DNA of 64,000 bases from Candidatus Oxydemutatoraceae bacterium (GTDB lineage: Bacteria; Pseudomonadota; Gammaproteobacteria; Poriferisulfidales; Oxydemutatoraceae): positions 256,001 through 320,000 of the forward strand of contig CBDCOZ010000003.1 in the NCBI GenBank assembly GCA_965220085.1. Direction: 5' to 3'. Every line of letters begins with the position of its first letter. The stretch's first letter is position 1. Below, piece by piece: positions 58,970-64,000 of this stretch. The notes under the pieces were generated by a model. The model made no database searches. It was given only the letters and a program-made list of their open reading frames with translations, and was not told the DNA's origin. The translations under genes and the position numbers were made by a program.

Positions 58970-59407
58970 TTACCCCTTTATGTTATCCCGCGCCACCCCC
59001 TTGAACTTCTCATACGATCTCATGCCGCCCAGGCCCAGCAGACCGGCGGTCAGGCTAAACAGTGCCTCATCGTCCACGGCCAGCATCTGGCGGTACCCCT
59101 CCAGCTCCGTAGGTGTCATACCCCAACACCAAGCGGCAAGACCCAGCACCACTGACAAGCCCAGAAAGTGCCAGGCCAGACCGATTGCACATACCCACAG
59201 TATGGCGGGTCGGGCACCTGCGACAAATCTGCTCGGACGCTTTAAGTTGGTCAGGTTCTTCTCGTGGAGATTCTGGATCTCCTCCAATTTCTCGATGGCT
59301 TTATCGCGTTGCGTCTTGCCCTCGTTGCCCTTGAGAACCTTGATGAGCTCCCGGCTGGCCTTTATCAAGTTCGCTCCGCTACTAAGTGTGGCTTTGAGTA
59401 TTTCCAT
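58970..59407 (-). CDS. 3TM holin family protein (phage/GTA type)
   Basis: SRFVAGARPAILWVC...LLGLGGMRSYEKFKGVAR; GGAGG RBS before MEILK. Confidence 0.8.
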   Translation of the reverse strand: MEILKATLSSGANLIKASRELIKVLKGNEGKTQRDKAIEKLEEIQNLHEKNLTNLKRPSRFVAGARPAILWVCAIGLAWHFLGLSVVLGLAAWCWGMTPTELEGYRQMLAVDDEALFSLTAGLLGLGGMRSYEKFKGVARDNIKG

Positions 59408-59488
59408 GGTATTACCTCCTGTGCATAGGTATTTTTTAATCAAGGATTTCTCGCATAGTAGCAATGCCAGGAGAAAGTGTCAATCCCC

Positions 59489-60006
59489 TGTTTATGCCAA
59501 GACATATTGGGCACACGAAGCAAATTGTGATAAGTCTCAATCATTTCAAGGGTGCCATATCCAGCCAGCGACGCACGGATCGATAATCTCGATATGATGG
59601 CTTGCGAATGCCAAGCTTATAAGACAAATAGAGAAACGGGTTGGATGGAGCATCGTGTTGGGGTATGAGATTAAAGTCAAATAGTATCGGACGTGAACCG
59701 TGTCCGGGATGCATAGCCTTGAAACCCTTGCCAAGACGGAGCTTGCGCTGGTGTTCCTTTGACACCGTAGCCGATGTGTTGATATTGCTTGTCGGCTATG
59801 TTTTTTGTTGGAGCCAAGAATCCGGGATGTTTCTGGCATTATTCAGTCCAATATGCCATGGCATCATACAATTTAATGATTGTCGGATAAAATATCTGTC
59901 ATGGTTTAATACCCAGCGACCACACTATGGACTGGAACTTCAAGCACCTATGACACAAATTACACAATGTTTGCCCCAGGTGTCCAATATGTCATGGCAT
60001 CATACA
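59489..60006. mobile_element. IS481-derived composite with three ends and a captured kinase 3' fragment (59541-59687, minus strand)
   Basis: Ends at 59489, 59870 and 60006; fragment ILFDFNLIPQHDAPSNPFLYLSYKLG...APLK is homologous to the C-terminus of 60103-60726. Confidence 0.75.
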
Positions 60007-60102
60007 CAGAGTTGACTTTGCCTTTGCAAGATATCCAAAAGTGGAAAGATTCATTTCAGCAATTTTATGAGTGAGAGGTGGCTAAGTAGTAGCTAACGCC
60101 TA

Positions 60103-60726
60103 GTGACAGAGTATATAAATAAGTTGCCTAAGTTAGATATCCCTGAACTGAAAGTCTTTGAGTATATTGGCTCGGGGCGTCGCGCCTATGTGTATCGTGC
60201 GCACTGGGAAAATCGTGATGTTGTGGTGAAGCGATATGTGCCGGATTCCGAACAACGCTGTCAGAAGATTTGCGGAAAGTCGCTTGCTCAATTTGAGTAT
60301 CAACGCAATCGTGATTTTTATGCTGTTGATTGCTTGCGCCCTTATTGTGCGGAGCCGTTTGCCTGTCTGACATCGGCGAGCGGCGAGCGGGTATTTGTAC
60401 AGGAACATGTGGAAGGGCAAACCTTGTACAACTATATTGTCGAATCGGGATACTTGTCGGAAAAGCTGTTTGACATGGGAAAATTTATTGTCAAACAAGC
60501 GGAACAACACGGCATCCACGATTTGGATATGCCTGCTGTCAACATCAAAGTCATTCTCGCCGAGGGCAAGCCGCGATTGATTTTGACAGATTTTAATTTG
60601 ATACCCCAGCACTATGCGCCCCCTAATCCGTTTCTTTATCTGGCTTATAAGCTTGGTTATCGCAAGCCGTCGCATCGCGACTGGCGGGCGGTGCACGAGT
60701 GGCTTCGTCTGGCGCCCCTAAAATGA
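60103..60726 (+). CDS. Protein-kinase-like (LPS/RIO-like) small kinase
   Basis: IGSGRRAYVY, VVVK, HDLDMPAVNI, LTDFN. Confidence 0.75.
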   Translation: MTEYINKLPKLDIPELKVFEYIGSGRRAYVYRAHWENRDVVVKRYVPDSEQRCQKICGKSLAQFEYQRNRDFYAVDCLRPYCAEPFACLTSASGERVFVQEHVEGQTLYNYIVESGYLSEKLFDMGKFIVKQAEQHGIHDLDMPAVNIKVILAEGKPRLILTDFNLIPQHYAPPNPFLYLAYKLGYRKPSHRDWRAVHEWLRLAPLK

Positions 60727-60769
60727 TTTATATGCTGCGGCAAGCTCTATTTGATGGGCGGTTGATTCT

Positions 60770-61921
60770 ATGAAAATTGCTCAGGTTGTCGGTTTCATTA
60801 ATCCTGCGGGTGGCATATTGCGTGTCGTAATGGCACTAGCGAATGCTTTTGCTAAAGCTGGTCATACAACAGATGTCATTTACTGGGACAACGAGGTTCC
60901 TACGCATGCAAAAACTGCAAGTGCACAATTTGTCAAGCTGAACATCTTCGGTTTGTCGCGACATAATATTCTCAGCAATATCATCCGCAAGATGGGAAAA
61001 TTGATGTGGGGAGATTTTTCCTCCTATTTTTATTCGTTTTTTCTTACGCATCAAATGGAACGGTTTTTGGCACAAGGGGGTTACGACGCTGTTTTCTTTC
61101 ACACCCCCTACAACTTCGGTTTTTATAGGCTGGCACAATCACACTTTGTCGTGGTGCATACCACACTGAGCATGGATTTGTTTGATTCTGTTTCGGAAGC
61201 CCGCCGCCGTTTGTTGCAAAGAGCGCTTCCGCGCATTTTCAGAGACAAGCATTTGATTGCGGTATCAAAAAGCGTGCGCGATGATTTGGTGAAAAACTTC
61301 GGCGCCGATTCCGCCAAAGCAACATATATTTATAACCCGTTTGACTTTGATGCAATTGTCGCCGCCAGTCAGAGCGAACCTCCTCCACACCATCGTCCTT
61401 ATATTCTGGGTGCGGGCAGATATGTGCCGCCAAAGAACTTTGCGTTGTTAATACGAGCGTATGCGGAGGCTATGTGCGAAGAAGATCTGGTAATCATTGG
61501 CGATGGGAGGAGGGGAAGACGAGATTTACAAAAACTTGTCGAACAATTGGGAATACAGGATAGGGTGTATTTTGCCGGCTATCAACCTAATCCGTATCCA
61601 TGGTTTCGCCATGCTCATTTGTTTGTGCTGTCATCTGACTGGGAAGGTTGTCCGATGGTAATCCCGGAGGCATTGGCCTGTAAAACTCCGGTGGTCAGTA
61701 CCGATTGCCCAAGTGGCCCCAGAGAAATTCTCGGACATTGTGGGTTGCGGGATTATCTCGTACCGGTCGGCGATGTGGCGGCATTGGCAGGAAAGATGAG
61801 GGAGGCGCTCGCTAATCCGCCCGACCTTTCTGACATTGATGCAAAATTAAAAATATTTCAGGCGGATACGGTCGCTGAGCAATATCTCACTGTTATTAAT
61901 GCGGCGAAGGAGAAAAGATAG
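60770..61921 (+). CDS. GT4 glycosyltransferase, copy 1
   Basis: GAGRYVPPKNF, SSDWEGCPMVIPEALAC, TDCPSGPREI. Confidence 0.9.
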   Translation: MKIAQVVGFINPAGGILRVVMALANAFAKAGHTTDVIYWDNEVPTHAKTASAQFVKLNIFGLSRHNILSNIIRKMGKLMWGDFSSYFYSFFLTHQMERFLAQGGYDAVFFHTPYNFGFYRLAQSHFVVVHTTLSMDLFDSVSEARRRLLQRALPRIFRDKHLIAVSKSVRDDLVKNFGADSAKATYIYNPFDFDAIVAASQSEPPPHHRPYILGAGRYVPPKNFALLIRAYAEAMCEEDLVIIGDGRRGRRDLQKLVEQLGIQDRVYFAGYQPNPYPWFRHAHLFVLSSDWEGCPMVIPEALACKTPVVSTDCPSGPREILGHCGLRDYLVPVGDVAALAGKMREALANPPDLSDIDAKLKIFQADTVAEQYLTVINAAKEKR

Positions 61922-61958
61922 AGCTTAGAGTCACACATCGTAAGCGAACAATCTCGTC

Positions 61959-62156
61959 TTGGATATGTCTGCTGTTAACATCAAAGCTATTCTCGTTGAG
62001 GGCAAGCCGCGATTAGTTCTGGCAGATTTTAATTTGATGCCCCAGCACTATGCGCCTCCTAATCCGTTTCTTTGTTTTGCTCATAAGCTTGGTTATCGTA
62101 AGCCATCATGTCGTGACTGGCGCGCTGTGAATGAGTGGCTTCGTTTGCACCTTTGA
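61959..62156 (+). pseudogene. Kinase 3' fragment (duplicate of 60523-60726)
   Basis: DMSAVNIKAILVEGKPRLVLADFNLMPQHYAPPNPFL. Confidence 0.85.
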
Positions 62157-62204
62157 GGCAATTGATATGCTCGGTACATTTTTGTTTATAAAACATTTAT
62201 TCTC

Positions 62205-63356
62205 ATGAAAATCGCTCAGGTTGTCGGTTCCACTAATCCTGCGGGTGGCATATTGCGTGTCGTAGTGACGCTAGCGAGTGCCTTTGCCAAAGCCGGTCAT
62301 ACGACAGATATCATTTATTGGGACAACAAGGTTCCTGATCATGCAAAAAATGTAAGCGCGCGATTCGTCAAGATGAACCTCTTCGGTTTGTCGCGACATA
62401 ATATTCTCAGCAATATCATCCGCAAGCTGGGAAAATTGATATGGGGAGACTTTTCCTCCTATTTTTATTCGTTTTTTCTTACGCATCAAATGGAACGGTT
62501 TTTGGCACAAGGGGGTTACGACGCTGTTTTCTTTCACACCCCCTACAACTTCGGTTTTTATAGGCTTGCACAATCACACTTTGTTGTGGTGCATACCACA
62601 CTGAGCATGGATTTGTTTGATTCTGTTTCGGAAGCCCGCCGCCGTTTGTTGCAAAGAGCGCTTCCGCGCATTTTCAGAGACAAGCATTTGATCGCGGTAT
62701 CAAAAAGCGTGCGCGATGATTTGGTGAAAAACTTCGGCGCCGATTCCGCCAAAGCGACATACATTTACAACCCGTTTGACTTTGACGCAATTGTCGCCGC
62801 CAGTCAAAGCGACCTCCCCCCGTACCATCGTCCTTATATTCTGGGTGCGGGCAGATATGTGCCGCCAAAGAACTTTGCGTTGTTGATACGAGCGTATGCG
62901 GAGGCTATGTGCGAGGAAGATCTGGTAATCATTGGCGATGGGAGGAGGGGAAGACGAGATTTACAAAAACTTGTCGAACAATTGGGAATACAGGATAGGG
63001 TGTATTTTGCCGGCTATCAACCTAATCCGTATCCATGGTTTCGCCATGCTCATTTGTTTGTGCTGTCATCTGACTGGGAAGGTTTTGCGATGGTAATCCC
63101 GGAGGCATTGGCCTGTAAAACTCCGGTGGTCAGTACCGACTGCCCGAGCGGCCCCAGAGAAATTCTCGGACACTGTGGGTTGCGGGATTATCTCGTGCCG
63201 GTCGGCGATGCGGCGGCATTGGCGGGAAAGATTAAGGAGGCACTCGCCAATCCGCCCGACCTTTCTGACATTGATGCAAAATTGAAAATATTTCAGGCCG
63301 ATGCGGTCGCTGAGCAATATCTCACGGTGATTAATGCGGCGAAGGAGAAACGGTAG
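62205..63356 (+). CDS. GT4 glycosyltransferase, copy 2
   Basis: 383 aa, near-identical to copy 1; SSDWEGFAMVIPE. Confidence 0.9.
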   Translation: MKIAQVVGSTNPAGGILRVVVTLASAFAKAGHTTDIIYWDNKVPDHAKNVSARFVKMNLFGLSRHNILSNIIRKLGKLIWGDFSSYFYSFFLTHQMERFLAQGGYDAVFFHTPYNFGFYRLAQSHFVVVHTTLSMDLFDSVSEARRRLLQRALPRIFRDKHLIAVSKSVRDDLVKNFGADSAKATYIYNPFDFDAIVAASQSDLPPYHRPYILGAGRYVPPKNFALLIRAYAEAMCEEDLVIIGDGRRGRRDLQKLVEQLGIQDRVYFAGYQPNPYPWFRHAHLFVLSSDWEGFAMVIPEALACKTPVVSTDCPSGPREILGHCGLRDYLVPVGDAAALAGKIKEALANPPDLSDIDAKLKIFQADAVAEQYLTVINAAKEKR

Positions 63357-63467
63357 TATTGGATGTCACGCATCGGGCAAGGAAATAGGCAGCGTTTGTT
63401 CGCGAAGCCGTAATCCGGGGTTCTGAGAATCCTTCGGATTACCGGCGCGGGTTTTGTTTGATTCTTG

Positions 63468-64000
63468 CTATTGAGCCAGTTTCTTTAACGTCTCAATGTG
63501 TCGTGTGATTGACAGTGTGTCCCGAATATGTGCTATGGAATCTTCGGGTACCGGAGCGGGTTTTTGCAGAAACTCTTTGATGGCATCTGCCAGTTTCCGC
63601 ACATCGCCGTGCGGCGTGACCCACCCCATGCCTTCGTCAATAATATCGGCGGCACCGACACGATCAGAGATGAATACGGGTAATCCGCTCAATATCGCTT
63701 CCGTAACCACTTGCCCAAACGGTTCGTAGCGCGACTGTAACATCACCGCATCGGACATGCGGTACACATCGACAACATTGTTGACATAGCCCAGCCAATG
63801 AATGAATGGCAAATCGGGAAACCTGCCGCGTCCCGCGCCGGCTACCAGAACTTCGCAGTCATCGCGTCTTAAATGCTCTATTGCCCGTATCACGGTCATC
63901 AGCCCTTTTCTGTGATGGTTATTTGAAACAAGCAAGAAGTACTTTTTGTCGGGCTTCAGAGCGTATCGGGTGCGAAGCTGTTTTTTTTCATTCGCACTTG
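63468..64000 (-). CDS. GT4 glycosyltransferase, 3' part (starts beyond the window)
   Basis: RKGL, SRYEPFGQVVTEAILSGLPV; frame open to the window edge. Confidence 0.85.
   Translation of the reverse strand, partial: SANEKKQLRTRYALKPDKKYFLLVSNNHHRKGLMTVIRAIEHLRRDDCEVLVAGAGRGRFPDLPFIHWLGYVNNVVDVYRMSDAVMLQSRYEPFGQVVTEAILSGLPVFISDRVGAADIIDEGMGWVTPHGDVRKLADAIKEFLQKPAPVPEDSIAHIRDTLSITRHIETLKKLAQ

Overview
Bacterial chromosome, most likely a gammaproteobacterium (glmU-glmS, radC, bioB/bioF); a host-associated lifestyle is inferred from SEL1, pentapeptide and coiled-coil repeat proteins plus widespread gene decay. Four zones. (1) 1-6.9 kb: lanthanide-type methanol dehydrogenase cluster (xoxF-xoxG-xoxJ, CXXCW rhodanese, SoxYZ-like carrier). 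(2) 7.4-24.3 kb: defence island directly downstream of glmS, a type I R-M locus whose hsdM 3' end is cut off by an intact IS1595 and which carries a TIR-NTPase, two HTH-IrrE/ImmA peptidases and a DUF4411-like PIN protein between hsdS and hsdR, followed by an M48 peptidase and a GmrSD-type gene. (3) 24.4-34.4 kb: housekeeping genes, with bioB and bioF split by a four-unit ~0.8 kb tandem array, each unit carrying a length-variable tail-anchored coiled-coil gene. (4) 34.6-64 kb: LPS/surface-glycan modification genes (kinases, methyltransferases, GT4, pyruvyl transferase) interleaved with cargo genes, local duplications and at least nine copies of an IS481-type end, one pair enclosing a captured gene fragment. 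No rRNA, tRNA, CRISPR array or reverse transcriptase was seen. All family calls come from motif recognition, not database searches.
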